Shown here piece by piece: positions 16,832 through 24,930 of a stretch of DNA of 42,727 nucleotides. The DNA is from a virus. Below the pieces are notes generated by a model that was not told the origin of the DNA, did not search any database, and worked only from the letters and a program-made list of their open reading frames with translations. The DNA lies in IMG/VR virus record IMGVR_UViG_3300005288_000008, positions 1 through 42,727 of that record. The stretch is one strand, 5' to 3'. The translations under genes were made by a program, and so were the position numbers. The first letter of the stretch is position 1; every line of letters starts with the position of its first letter.

Positions 16832-17965
16832 TCAGGACTCCAGGGATTTCTTGAGGCGGGCACTCAGGCTGTTTTCGTCAGCCTTGCTGTCACCGAAGGT
16901 TTGATATTCGCCACCGGATTTCTTCAGCAGCTTGAAGGCGACGGACAGCTCGGAGTCGCTGAACTTCTGCGAACCATGCTCGACGGCCAGTGCGTCACGC
17001 ATCAGTTGCGCGGTCGACTTGTCGGCGAAGCTGTAGGTTTCCGGCAGAATGGTTCGCGCTTTGTCGATGACGGAGGCGTGAACCTTGACGGCATCACCAA
17101 TCGCGGCAGCGATCTTGTCGGCGAACTTCTTGCGCAGAACCTTGCGGGCCGAGTCGGTAACCTTGACCGGATCGCCACCGGCAGCGTCGGCGCTTTCGTC
17201 CATCAGCTTGTCGGCATCTTCGTCGGTCATCACCGGAAGATCTTCGACAACCGCTTCAGCAGCAGGAGCCTCGACGCCGGCTTCGGTGGCGGCAGCCATG
17301 ATTTCCTGAAGCGCCGGCAACAGCTCGGCCAGCTTATCAGCAGGCACGTTTTTGATCGCTTCCGGCAGGCCAGCGGCCAGCTCGACGATCTGTGAAAGAC
17401 TCAAAGAGCCGTCGGCGTCACAGAACGCCTTATGCAACTTCTTCGGCATGGTAGCCTCCGGGTTTGGTTTTCGGTCGATGAAGCGGCAGCCAGAACCGCA
17501 GCGGCCAGAGTCAACAGTAGCAAGATGGGTCGGCACAAGGTCGCGCTGTTCGAAGTCCCATTTGTCATGGGGAACCAGGCGGCCTTCGTAGCCAAGAGAT
17601 AATTGATTTTTGCCGCCCTCGATTTCGGCCAGCATGTCGTCGTCGAGGAACAGCTTGTTCTGGATAGCCAGGGTTGAACTGGTCGACTCATCGAACGCAT
17701 CGATAAAGGACGCTGATTCAACGCGGCTTGGAATGTCAGCAGGCTCGGTGCCTGGCTCGATATGATCGCCGATGACCGGGATACCTGGCATTTGCGAAAC
17801 AAGGCTGGCGATGGTGGCAGGCGAGCGGTAGACGGTGAAGATCTTGTCTGGCGGCTCTTGGCCGATCTCGCTACCCAGGTACTCCAGCACGCCGTCGCGA
17901 ACACTCACAGCCGTCCGAAGACTGCCGTCGTAGGTTGCCACGTCGATGAACTTGAGCTTTTCCAT
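16832..17965 (-). CDS. Prohead protease/scaffold protein (DUF2213-like, 377 aa from ATG 17965)
   Basis: ORF track frame. Preferred start MEKLKFIDVATYDGSLRT... The N-domain motif VYRSPATIASLVSQMPGIPVIGDHI resembles DUF2213. C-terminal Ala/Glu/Asp-rich helical half looks scaffold-like. Confidence 0.55.
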   Translation of the reverse strand: MEKLKFIDVATYDGSLRTAVSVRDGVLEYLGSEIGQEPPDKIFTVYRSPATIASLVSQMPGIPVIGDHIEPGTEPADIPSRVESASFIDAFDESTSSTLAIQNKLFLDDDMLAEIEGGKNQLSLGYEGRLVPHDKWDFEQRDLVPTHLATVDSGRCGSGCRFIDRKPNPEATMPKKLHKAFCDADGSLSLSQIVELAAGLPEAIKNVPADKLAELLPALQEIMAAATEAGVEAPAAEAVVEDLPVMTDEDADKLMDESADAAGGDPVKVTDSARKVLRKKFADKIAAAIGDAVKVHASVIDKARTILPETYSFADKSTAQLMRDALAVEHGSQKFSDSELSVAFKLLKKSGGEYQTFGDSKADENSLSARLKKSLES

Positions 17966-17993
17966 TATCCAGCCTTGGCACGAATCTTGCCGA

Positions 17994-18022
17994 ATTGTAA
18001 ACCCTGATTGATGGCAAAGCAA
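17994..18022 (-). promoter_or_regulatory. Sigma70-like promoter TTGCTT-N17-TACAAT upstream of protease/scaffold gene
   Basis: -35 at 18017-18022 and -10 at 17994-17999 on the minus strand. Lies directly after the terminator at 18052-18078 and about 29 nt before ATG 17965. Confidence 0.5.
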
Positions 18023-18051
18023 ATATTGTGCCGAGGGGAATTGCTGGCATG

Positions 18052-18078
18052 AAAAAGCCCGCGCATTGGCGGGCTTTT
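18052..18078 (-). terminator. Intrinsic (bidirectional) terminator AGCCCGC-N6-GCGGGCT with flanking T/A runs
   Basis: Minus strand reads AAAAGCCCGCCAATGCGCGGGCTTTTTC. Placed inside the head-gene arm after two micro-ORFs. Confidence 0.7.
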
Positions 18079-18110
18079 AATCCAGGAATTGTTGTTTTTG
18101 GGCGGGACTA

Positions 18111-18254
18111 TCAGCGCCAGAACACTGAAAGCCCCTTTCTAGAACGCCATCGTTCACGGTGCGTCCGCGCTGGATCGGTTGGCAGTCGAACATCATTAGG
18201 CGGTTCTGGCCGCACATAACTCAGCGCTGCGCCGATCAGGATTATCATCAACAT
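18111..18254 (-). CDS. Possible micro-ORF (47 aa, hydrophobic N-terminus MLMIILIGAALSYV)
   Basis: Manual translation, below the ORF-track cutoff. Weak ribosome-binding site. Ends just before the terminator. Confidence 0.2.
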   Translation of the reverse strand: MLMIILIGAALSYVRPEPPNDVRLPTDPARTHRERWRSRKGLSVFWR

Positions 18255-18294
18255 TCGATTATCCAGTTAAGGGGATTGAGGTGGGCGGGGTCGG

Positions 18295-18438
18295 TTAGCG
18301 AACCAAGTACATAACAACCCAACGACCGTCACTATCCTGCTCGACATCTACCCATTTGACTTTGGTCGGGCACAGGCACGATGCGAATCCATCAGCCTGC
18401 TCTTTGGTGCGAAAAGAAGTGAAGGTCATCGGGTTCAT
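18295..18438 (-). CDS. Micro-ORF (47 aa) MNPMTFTSFRTKEQADGFASCLCPTKVKWVDVEQDSDGRWVVMYLVR
   Basis: Manual translation, below the ORF-track cutoff. GGAG lies 9 nt upstream of the ATG. First ORF after promoter cassette P2. Confidence 0.4.
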   Translation of the reverse strand: MNPMTFTSFRTKEQADGFASCLCPTKVKWVDVEQDSDGRWVVMYLVR

Positions 18439-18472
18439 CTCGTCTTGCTCCGTTGTTCGTTTCGATGGAGCA

Positions 18473-18501
18473 ATCCTCTCACGACATAATAACTATGTCA
18501 A
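18473..18501 (-). promoter_or_regulatory. Promoter cassette P2: TTGACA-TAGTTATTATGTCGTGA-GAGGAT
   Basis: -35 at 18496-18501, 17-bp spacer. The TGA stop of the collagen-like gene (18498-18500) lies inside the -35 hexamer. Confidence 0.55.
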
Positions 18502-19418
18502 CGCTCAATAACAATTATTTGCGCAGCCGAACCAACAACCGGAACCGTCGCGCCTAACAGTACCTCTAGTCCGAGCAAGGTAACGACGTTCCGCTGATTG
18601 AGCTGAAGCGTGAAGCCCGTAGCCGTGCTGGAAACCAGCGTCCAAACCTGGCTGGCCACTGCTGGTGGCGGCGGCTGAACGTTCGGCGCCTGCGAGAATA
18701 CCGTCGGGTACGTCACAATGATCTGCCCTGCCGCGCTCGTGGTGCCGGTATAGGTTTCGAGGCGCTTGCTGATGCCCGATGGCCCTTGCGGCCCCGTTGC
18801 ACCTGTCGGCCCTTGAATCCCCTGAATACCTTGAGCACCTGTCGCGCCGGTTAATCCCTGCGGCCCGGTAGCGCCCTGGATTCCCTGCGCACCCGTATCG
18901 CCCTTTACGCCTTGCGGGCCTGTCGCACCAGTAAGGCCAATCGGGCCTTGAGGGCCTGGAACTGTACTCGCCGCCCCAGTTGCTCCCGTGGCGCCAGTCA
19001 GTCCCTGGATACCTTGCGGCCCCTGAGATCCAGTCGCACCAGTATTTCCGGTATCGCCTTTGACGCCCTGGATTCCTTGAGGCCCAGCGGCTCCCGTCAG
19101 ACCCGTGTCGCCCTTTTCGCCTTTTGCGCCAGCAGGGCCAGCTTCTCCCTGTACCCCTTGAGGGCCTTGCGGGCCAGCTAGAACGGTCGAGCTAAGAACT
19201 CCGGAGCTGATCTGCAACCCTTGGCCGACAGTAAAGAACTGCGGCAGAACCGTTACGCCGTTGAATCCGAGGATGCCATTGGCGCCACCAGCAGGAATGG
19301 TGAGGGTGCGACTCAGCGTTCCGGTATCAGTGGCGTTACGCTGATTCATCAACAAATCGTTGGCAGCCCCCAGCGCAAGGCTCGGCAGCAGTAGTGCGAG
19401 AGCAATCAGCTTTTTCAT
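18498..19418 (-). CDS. Secreted collagen-like repeat protein (306 aa) with Sec-type signal peptide and beta-rich C-terminal domain
   Basis: ORF track. N-terminus MKKLIALALLLPSLALG/AAND. 43 Gly-X-Y triplets in two blocks (23 + 20) split by STVP. The C-terminal about 90 aa (...IIVTYPTVFSQAPNV...TGFTLQL...) resembles fibre-tip/lectin-like domains. Confidence 0.85.
   Translation of the reverse strand: MKKLIALALLLPSLALGAANDLLMNQRNATDTGTLSRTLTIPAGGANGILGFNGVTVLPQFFTVGQGLQISSGVLSSTVLAGPQGPQGVQGEAGPAGAKGEKGDTGLTGAAGPQGIQGVKGDTGNTGATGSQGPQGIQGLTGATGATGAASTVPGPQGPIGLTGATGPQGVKGDTGAQGIQGATGPQGLTGATGAQGIQGIQGPTGATGPQGPSGISKRLETYTGTTSAAGQIIVTYPTVFSQAPNVQPPPPAVASQVWTLVSSTATGFTLQLNQRNVVTLLGLEVLLGATVPVVGSAAQIIVIER
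18774..19175 (-). repeat. Collagen-like Gly-X-Y coding repeat region (9-bp periodic degenerate repeats)
   Basis: Residues 82-215 of the 18498-19418 product: GPQGPQGVQGEAGPAGAKGEKGDTG...GPTGATGPQGPSG. Confidence 0.85.
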
Positions 19419-19789
19419 GATGTGGCAACCCTTGCAATGATCTTGTCGGTAGTCGAGACCGTGTTGAATACCACGAGGTCATTGACGTTGAGCGATACGA
19501 CGTTGTTGGCAACTTCTACGCCGACATCCGATGAAGTGACGGTGAGTTGGGTGATGGCCTGAATCGCGAAGATGAAGAAGCGCTGGCCGGCCTTGATGCC
19601 TGGCGAAAGGATGAGCTGCAAGTCGGCAATGGTTGCCGCCGGTGACAGCACGACATTGACCACAAGCGCATCGGTCGCAGGAATTTGGATGGTCTCCCCT
19701 GAGGCTGGAGAGAACTCAAACTCGGCAGGCGTCATGCCCGCCGACTCGCTTGCCATCATCCCCCAGGGCCAAACGAAAGGAGTGATCAT
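19415..19789 (-). CDS. Hypothetical protein (124 aa)
   Basis: ORF track. ATGA-type overlaps with both neighbours. No motif recognised. Confidence 0.5.
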   Translation of the reverse strand: MITPFVWPWGMMASESAGMTPAEFEFSPASGETIQIPATDALVVNVVLSPAATIADLQLILSPGIKAGQRFFIFAIQAITQLTVTSSDVGVEVANNVVSLNVNDLVVFNTVSTTDKIIARVATS

Positions 19790-20082
19790 TCGACCACCTC
19801 CTGTAGGCCGCCCAGCAAGACCGCAGCGTTGCCACGGATCCAGGCGGAATTCGCTTTGATACGAACGCCACCACCTGGCGGAATCTCCCAGCCGTACATC
19901 GCATCGGTTGGCGGCTGATCACCCTCATAGGCGACGATGCGCGTACCACTGCGATTGCAGCAAATGACATCAGTACCAGGCGCAAACCCAGTCACCGCGT
20001 AGAAATCGTGCCAAACCGCAGGCGCCAGTGGCAAATCCGGCTTCATGACCATTTGCAAACTCCTTGTCGCTTCCGGCGACAT
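19786..20082 (-). CDS. Hypothetical protein (98 aa)
   Basis: ORF track. ATG 20082 has AAGGA 5 nt upstream. No motif recognised. Confidence 0.5.
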   Translation of the reverse strand: MSPEATRSLQMVMKPDLPLAPAVWHDFYAVTGFAPGTDVICCNRSGTRIVAYEGDQPPTDAMYGWEIPPGGGVRIKANSAWIRGNAAVLLGGLQEVVE

Positions 20083-20087
20083 AATCC

Positions 20088-20915
20088 TTATTCATCATCA
20101 ACCGTTTCCGGAATGATCATGGTGTACGTGCAGCGGCAATTGTAGTCGGTGCCAGGCAGGAGGTATAGGCCGTCGACGTCGGAATAGAGACCTTCAGCGA
20201 GATCGAACTCCTTGCCTTCACGATCTTCGTGCGACGGACGGACTCGCTCATCACCAGCAGTCTCCCATACAGCCTTGGTGATCCCGAGATTCTGCGCTCG
20301 GATCTTGGTCGTGATCGAGTTGTAGTTCTGCACCTGATTTCGAGCCAAAAACTTGGCATGATTCTTTCTTTCGGATGCGATGTCGTCAAACTGGCTGACG
20401 ATGGTGTCAAGCGATTCGCCCTGGCTCATGGCAAACAGTGTGTTGTTCGTGAACTTCTGAAAGGTGTCGTCGCGCAGGGTTTTGATCCATTGCGAGGTCT
20501 CTGCCATCAGCGCATTGGTGGTCGACTTCATCCCCTCCTTGGCAATCAGGTCGGCAACGTTGATCCCAGTCTTCGCAGCAACCCGCTTGTAGAATTCCTC
20601 CTTGGATTTCTTGTCGAGTTTTCCGAGCGCCTTTTGACTGATGGTGTCAATGCGGTCATCGCTGAATTGCTTGAGGATCGACTTGGCCGCAGCCTTCGAC
20701 AGGCTCAGGAGGATCGACGCGAAGTTGCCGGTTTGGGCGTCAGCAAACTTCTCCACCGTCTTGACCTGGAGCTGGCCCAGCACCTGATTCTGAAATCGCT
20801 TGGCCATCGTATCGACCATGAACTCGATCATGTCGGCCAGCTCGTTTTCGATGCTGCGCGGCGATTTTGGCGCCTTGATTGGTGTCGGCTTTGCGGCGGT
20901 CAGTTGGCGCTTCAT
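20088..20915 (-). CDS. Minor head protein, phage Mu F / SPP1 gp7-like head morphogenesis protein
   Basis: ORF track. The motif ...VWETAGDERVRPSHEDREGKEF...DYNCRCTY is the hallmark of the Mu F-like family. Directly downstream of the portal gene. Confidence 0.8.
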   Translation of the reverse strand: MKRQLTAAKPTPIKAPKSPRSIENELADMIEFMVDTMAKRFQNQVLGQLQVKTVEKFADAQTGNFASILLSLSKAAAKSILKQFSDDRIDTISQKALGKLDKKSKEEFYKRVAAKTGINVADLIAKEGMKSTTNALMAETSQWIKTLRDDTFQKFTNNTLFAMSQGESLDTIVSQFDDIASERKNHAKFLARNQVQNYNSITTKIRAQNLGITKAVWETAGDERVRPSHEDREGKEFDLAEGLYSDVDGLYLLPGTDYNCRCTYTMIIPETVDDE

Positions 20916-22165
20916 GGTTGCAGTCCGGCAGTCAGATCATCCGCCGCAGACTCTTCCTCTTCAGGCTTGAACAGATCAGCCCATGCATCCTTCTTGATCA
21001 CGTCATGCTCTATCAGATAGGCGCGGTAGTCCTCACCAAGGTCGTTCAGCTTGACGGCGTTGTCGATCACCTTGGTTTCGAAATCCATCCGCTCGGCAGC
21101 GGTGCCGCCCTGGTTCTCTTTGAAGCACACACCATCAATACCGTAGGCGTGGCAAAGCTCGGTGATAGGGTCGAGCAGATAATCGAACTGCAGACCTTCA
21201 ACCATGTCCTGAAACGATTGCCGCTCTTGATTTCCTGTGCTGTTCAGGCCTTGGACGGACTCGCCAACCAGCATCGGAACCGGAATCGAAGTCACTAATG
21301 CAAGTCGGCGGATGGTGATGTTGTCGACAGCATCCAGGTTGGTCAGGGTTTGGGCGATGGATATCACGTCATCTTCGCCGTCAATTAGACCATCACCATA
21401 AATCCCGCGAATCTCCGCAAGCCTGGCGTAATACTGGATCAGGTAGTCATCATCGCCGCAACGCACGGCATCGGCGAAACCCTTGATCTTGTGAAACAGA
21501 GTCGAGTTCTTTTCGAGAATGGTTCCGGATGCCCGCTCAACAATGCCATCGTTGATTAGTTGCGTATGGATCATTTCGAACTCAGAGATGCCGCCGTACT
21601 TATAGTTGGGCAGGTCAAGCTCTGGCGGCAGATAGTACGTGAAGTCGATCACTCGCGACCAGTGAAAGGACTTGCCGCGCACGTTGTAATACTTCGGCTT
21701 CTGGTAGCGCTCATCATTGAGGTCAATGCTGACTTCCATGGCCGTTACCATGTCGCCGCTGAACACGTCGAGCTTTGTCTTGGATGGATCAACCGGTTCG
21801 GTTCGCGGCTTGGACAGGTCAGCGCCACGCTCATTCAGCAGAATGATGCCGCGACCGAACCCGATCATAAACTTGGCGGCCTTCTTGACGGCACGCTGCA
21901 GTCTCAGGTCGTATTTGTCTTTGTCCTTGTCACTATCAAACTGCAGAGTCTCGTTGAGCGCGTAACCGGTTTTGATGGTGACGATCTTGGCGCCGAGACC
22001 AGTCTTGAAGATGGCGCGTAGCTGTGTGTCATCCAGGCGAGTTGATGTGATGATGTTGATCGCCACAGCAGACCGGCGATTGGCCAGCCCATTGACGATG
22101 TTCGCCATGCCATCACGAAACCCGCGTTGCTTGCCACGACCACCGCCGCGCTTCTTGTTGCTCAT
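20912..22165 (-). CDS. Portal protein (417 aa, DUF1073-like)
   Basis: ORF track. Immediately downstream of terL with a 4-nt overlap. Basic N-terminus followed by the typical portal size. Confidence 0.75.
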   Translation of the reverse strand: MSNKKRGGGRGKQRGFRDGMANIVNGLANRRSAVAINIITSTRLDDTQLRAIFKTGLGAKIVTIKTGYALNETLQFDSDKDKDKYDLRLQRAVKKAAKFMIGFGRGIILLNERGADLSKPRTEPVDPSKTKLDVFSGDMVTAMEVSIDLNDERYQKPKYYNVRGKSFHWSRVIDFTYYLPPELDLPNYKYGGISEFEMIHTQLINDGIVERASGTILEKNSTLFHKIKGFADAVRCGDDDYLIQYYARLAEIRGIYGDGLIDGEDDVISIAQTLTNLDAVDNITIRRLALVTSIPVPMLVGESVQGLNSTGNQERQSFQDMVEGLQFDYLLDPITELCHAYGIDGVCFKENQGGTAAERMDFETKVIDNAVKLNDLGEDYRAYLIEHDVIKKDAWADLFKPEEEESAADDLTAGLQP

Positions 22166-23598
22166 AGCATGCTTCTCCAGTCTCGCTTGACAGGGCTGAG
22201 GATCGCGCCGATGGCGTCCATCGTTGGGTCAATTTGGTCGTCGTGCGCGCCTTTCGGGAAGGCGGCGAACTCTGACAGGTAATCGGATAGCCACGGCGCA
22301 TCTTCTGGCAGCAGCACATTGCCTGATTGTATCAGCGGAATGGAGTCCATGGCTCGCGTGATTTTGTCTGTCGAACGCTGGATACCGACGACAGGGATGC
22401 CCTTGCGCGCAAGGGACTGGATAAGACCGGTGCCACTTGACTTGTCCTCGGGATTCATCGACCGCAACGTGCCGTTGCTGATGGCCTTGTGCTTGTTCCA
22501 AAAAGCTTCGGCCTGGACAAGCAGCTCTGGAGCTTCCCACTTGCCGCGGACTTGATCAAGCATGACAGCCTGGCCATCCCACGATTCGCCCCAACATTGG
22601 AAGACGGAATAGTCATTATGCTCTTTCGTCTTCTGCGCGGTATCCGCAAACACGGCTCGCCACTTGAGCTTTGGCGGTACACCCTTCCAATATTTGAAGC
22701 CGTCCGTCTTGAACATGTTGCCGCCGAGCGCGACGGGCGACTGCTGATACATGGCCGACCAGAAGTAGTCGGACATGATCGCTTTCGTTTCGAGCAGCTT
22801 GTCGAGCGGATGCAGGTCAGGAACCAACGCACCTTTACGACGGTTGGAATCGTAACCTTTCTCGCCTGGCAAGTTGACCGCGACGAACTTGAGGTGTTTG
22901 GCCTTGGTGTTGATCTTCAGGATGCGGCCTGACAGGTCGTCAGTCGCCCAGCTGGTGGCCATGATGATCTGGCCGCTGTTCTTGCTGAGGCGGGTCAGGA
23001 AGGTCGTGATATACCAGTTCCAGATGCCGTCCTTGATCGTCTCGCTCAATGCCTCCTGGGCGTTCTTGATAGGGTCATCGATCAGGCCGATATCCAACCG
23101 CTTACCAGTGAGCGGGCCGCCGACGCCCTGGCCAACGTATCGACCTTTCCTCCCAACGATCTCAAACACGTCGCTGTTGCGCTTGGCTTCAACGTCGACA
23201 GTTACGGCACGCTTGGCGCTCAGCGAGGCATTCGGGAACAGCCGGTGGTATTCAGGGCTCAGCATGATCCGCTGAACGTCGCGGTTCATATCGGTTGCGA
23301 GGTCTTTGGAGTAGCTGAGGCCGCCGATGGATAAGTCAGGAGCCTGGCCGAACAGGAATGCAGGCGCGTACCGACTGACGATATCCGACTTGCCGTGTTG
23401 TGGTGGCGCCTGAACAACCAACACCGGACGCAAGCCAGCCTGCTGGTCAATGAAGAACTGATCGAGCGCCACGCACAACTCAATGGAGAATTCGCTGACG
23501 ATGTATTCAGGATTGATGTACAGGATGAAGTCTAGAAGGCCCCTTCGAGCCTTCCTACGCTTAAGCAGCTCTTGGGCTGCCAGTTGTACTGGTGTCAT
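22162..23598 (-). CDS. terL: Terminase large subunit
   Basis: ORF track. Walker A-like VVQAPPQHGKSD. C-terminal nuclease-type motifs (...ADTAQK...HNDYSV... and ...AHDDQID). Sits between the small terminase and the portal. Confidence 0.85.
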   Translation of the reverse strand: MTPVQLAAQELLKRRKARRGLLDFILYINPEYIVSEFSIELCVALDQFFIDQQAGLRPVLVVQAPPQHGKSDIVSRYAPAFLFGQAPDLSIGGLSYSKDLATDMNRDVQRIMLSPEYHRLFPNASLSAKRAVTVDVEAKRNSDVFEIVGRKGRYVGQGVGGPLTGKRLDIGLIDDPIKNAQEALSETIKDGIWNWYITTFLTRLSKNSGQIIMATSWATDDLSGRILKINTKAKHLKFVAVNLPGEKGYDSNRRKGALVPDLHPLDKLLETKAIMSDYFWSAMYQQSPVALGGNMFKTDGFKYWKGVPPKLKWRAVFADTAQKTKEHNDYSVFQCWGESWDGQAVMLDQVRGKWEAPELLVQAEAFWNKHKAISNGTLRSMNPEDKSSGTGLIQSLARKGIPVVGIQRSTDKITRAMDSIPLIQSGNVLLPEDAPWLSDYLSEFAAFPKGAHDDQIDPTMDAIGAILSPVKRDWRSML

Positions 23599-24218
23599 TC
23601 GTCTTTCGCTGGAGCGCCAGCAATCAGGGCCATCAGCTGGTCATCAGAAAGCTCACTGACATCCTTGGTGAGGATTGGTCCGCCGCCAGGGCCTGAGATC
23701 TCATGCTTGCTGGCCGACTCCCAGCCACCCATCTTGGCGAGTTGAGCGATGGCAGCCACCTTGGAGTGCTGCTTGATCTTCGGGCCGTTCTTGCCGACTT
23801 CCAGCTCGGAGATAATCATTAGCTTATCAGGGTCATTCGCCTGAAGCTCTTCGTCAATCGTCCAGGCGGTCTGATGCACGTCGTCGCCTGTCTCGGCATT
23901 CTGGCCGACGTGGACGGTCTTGAATTTGATGATGTCGGTCAGGTTTCCGCGACCGAGCCGGGTGAGGATTTTCATGGCCTCTTCGCGGGTCATAATTGCA
24001 TCAGAAATCGCTTGCAATTTCATGGAATCCATGAACGCTTTCACCTTCGGATTATTCATGATCTCCGAGGCAGATGTATCCGCAGCGGTATCACTCTTGG
24101 CTGATCCCTCGGCAGCGTAATAAGCCTGACGCTGAGTCATGCCAGCCAAGACGTTGGTGGCGATCCTCTGCTGCAACGATGTCAGGTTATCGAAAAGAAT
24201 CAGCTGCTCAGGAGTCAT
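23595..24218 (-). CDS. terS: Terminase small subunit (Terminase_2-like HTH N-terminus)
   Basis: ORF track. LTSLQQRIATNVLAGMTQRQAYYAAEGSAKSDTAADTSASEIMNNPKVKAFMD matches the small-terminase N-terminal pattern. 4-nt overlap with terL. Confidence 0.7.
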   Translation of the reverse strand: MTPEQLILFDNLTSLQQRIATNVLAGMTQRQAYYAAEGSAKSDTAADTSASEIMNNPKVKAFMDSMKLQAISDAIMTREEAMKILTRLGRGNLTDIIKFKTVHVGQNAETGDDVHQTAWTIDEELQANDPDKLMIISELEVGKNGPKIKQHSKVAAIAQLAKMGGWESASKHEISGPGGGPILTKDVSELSDDQLMALIAGAPAKDE

Positions 24219-24275
24219 TGGTTTCGCCTGTCACGAAAGTGGATAGATGCCAGAACTATATCACGCATCCAGAAA

Positions 24276-24314
24276 TGAAAAAGCCCGCAGTCGTATTAGG
24301 GCTGCGGGCTTTTA
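24276..24314 (-). terminator. Bidirectional intrinsic terminator (stem AGCCCGCAG / CTGCGGGCT) upstream of terS
   Basis: Minus strand reads AAAAGCCCGCAGCCCTAATACGACTGCGGGCTTTTTC; the plus strand also ends in TTTT. Separates the tRNA unit from terS. Confidence 0.65.
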
Positions 24315-24839
24315 TGGCTGTGGCTCGCAGATTTTCTGCGACCGGCGCCGACCAGGCATCAAATGATCATATAGGGGATGGAGCTTTGACATCGCTTCAT
24401 GCTATCTCCTTTGCCCGCATGGGCTTCCAGTTTGAGTGGTTTCCGCACCTGCGGGCTGGCGTCCTAAATCACGCATCTCAAGTCTATCGCTCTTTCGCCA
24501 TCAGCGCGACAACTGACTACAAGGGAGAACCCAACCCTGGCTAACACATTAATCGCATTGCGCTACCGATGAGGAAGTACGGTCACTGCAAACTTTGCGA
24601 AGTTTACCGATGTGCTGACGGTTACAGCGGCGGCGTTGGTTGATTCGCTGTAAGTAAGTGTAATTGTTATTCGTGTAACCACTGCCAAACAATCGAAGAT
24701 CGGTTCACCGGCTGATACCGGTCGCATACTCTCAGAAAGGATTTACTCGAGTTATCCAAGCCTACCATTTGCAAGCATCACCAAAATGCTTCAGTGATTA
24801 CGCGAATAACAACTTCAGATTTAAAGAGCGTTTTAAAAC

Positions 24840-24916
24840 TGGCGCGAATGAAGGGTCTCGAACCCTCGGCCTCTTGCGTGACAGGCAAGCGCTCTAACCA
24901 TCTGAGCTACATCCGC
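24840..24916 (-). tRNA. trnD: tRNA-Asp (anticodon GTC), CCA encoded
   Basis: Manual cloverleaf of GCGGATG-TA-GCTC-AGATGGTTA-GAGC-G-CTTGC-CTGTCAC-GCAAG-AGGCC-GAGGG-TTCGAGA-CCCTT-CATTCGC-G-CCA. 7-bp acceptor stem, loop CT-GTC-AC. Confidence 0.85.
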
Positions 24917-24930
24917 GTTTATTGTGTCGA

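Noticed and set aside
15690-16904. 404-aa plus-strand ORF antisense to the capsid and head genes, and similar long shadow ORFs at 7994-8695, 8951-9744, 10714-11295, 11421-12059, 12297-13073, 20229-21020 and 36169-36957
   Set aside because: These are typical stop-poor antisense frames of GC-biased coding DNA. Each fully overlaps a gene with clear family motifs and operon-style coupling, and none has a start context.
24074-24544. 156-aa plus-strand ORF upstream of terS
   Set aside because: It begins inside terS on the opposite strand and runs through the intrinsic terminator hairpin. It has no SD and odd composition.
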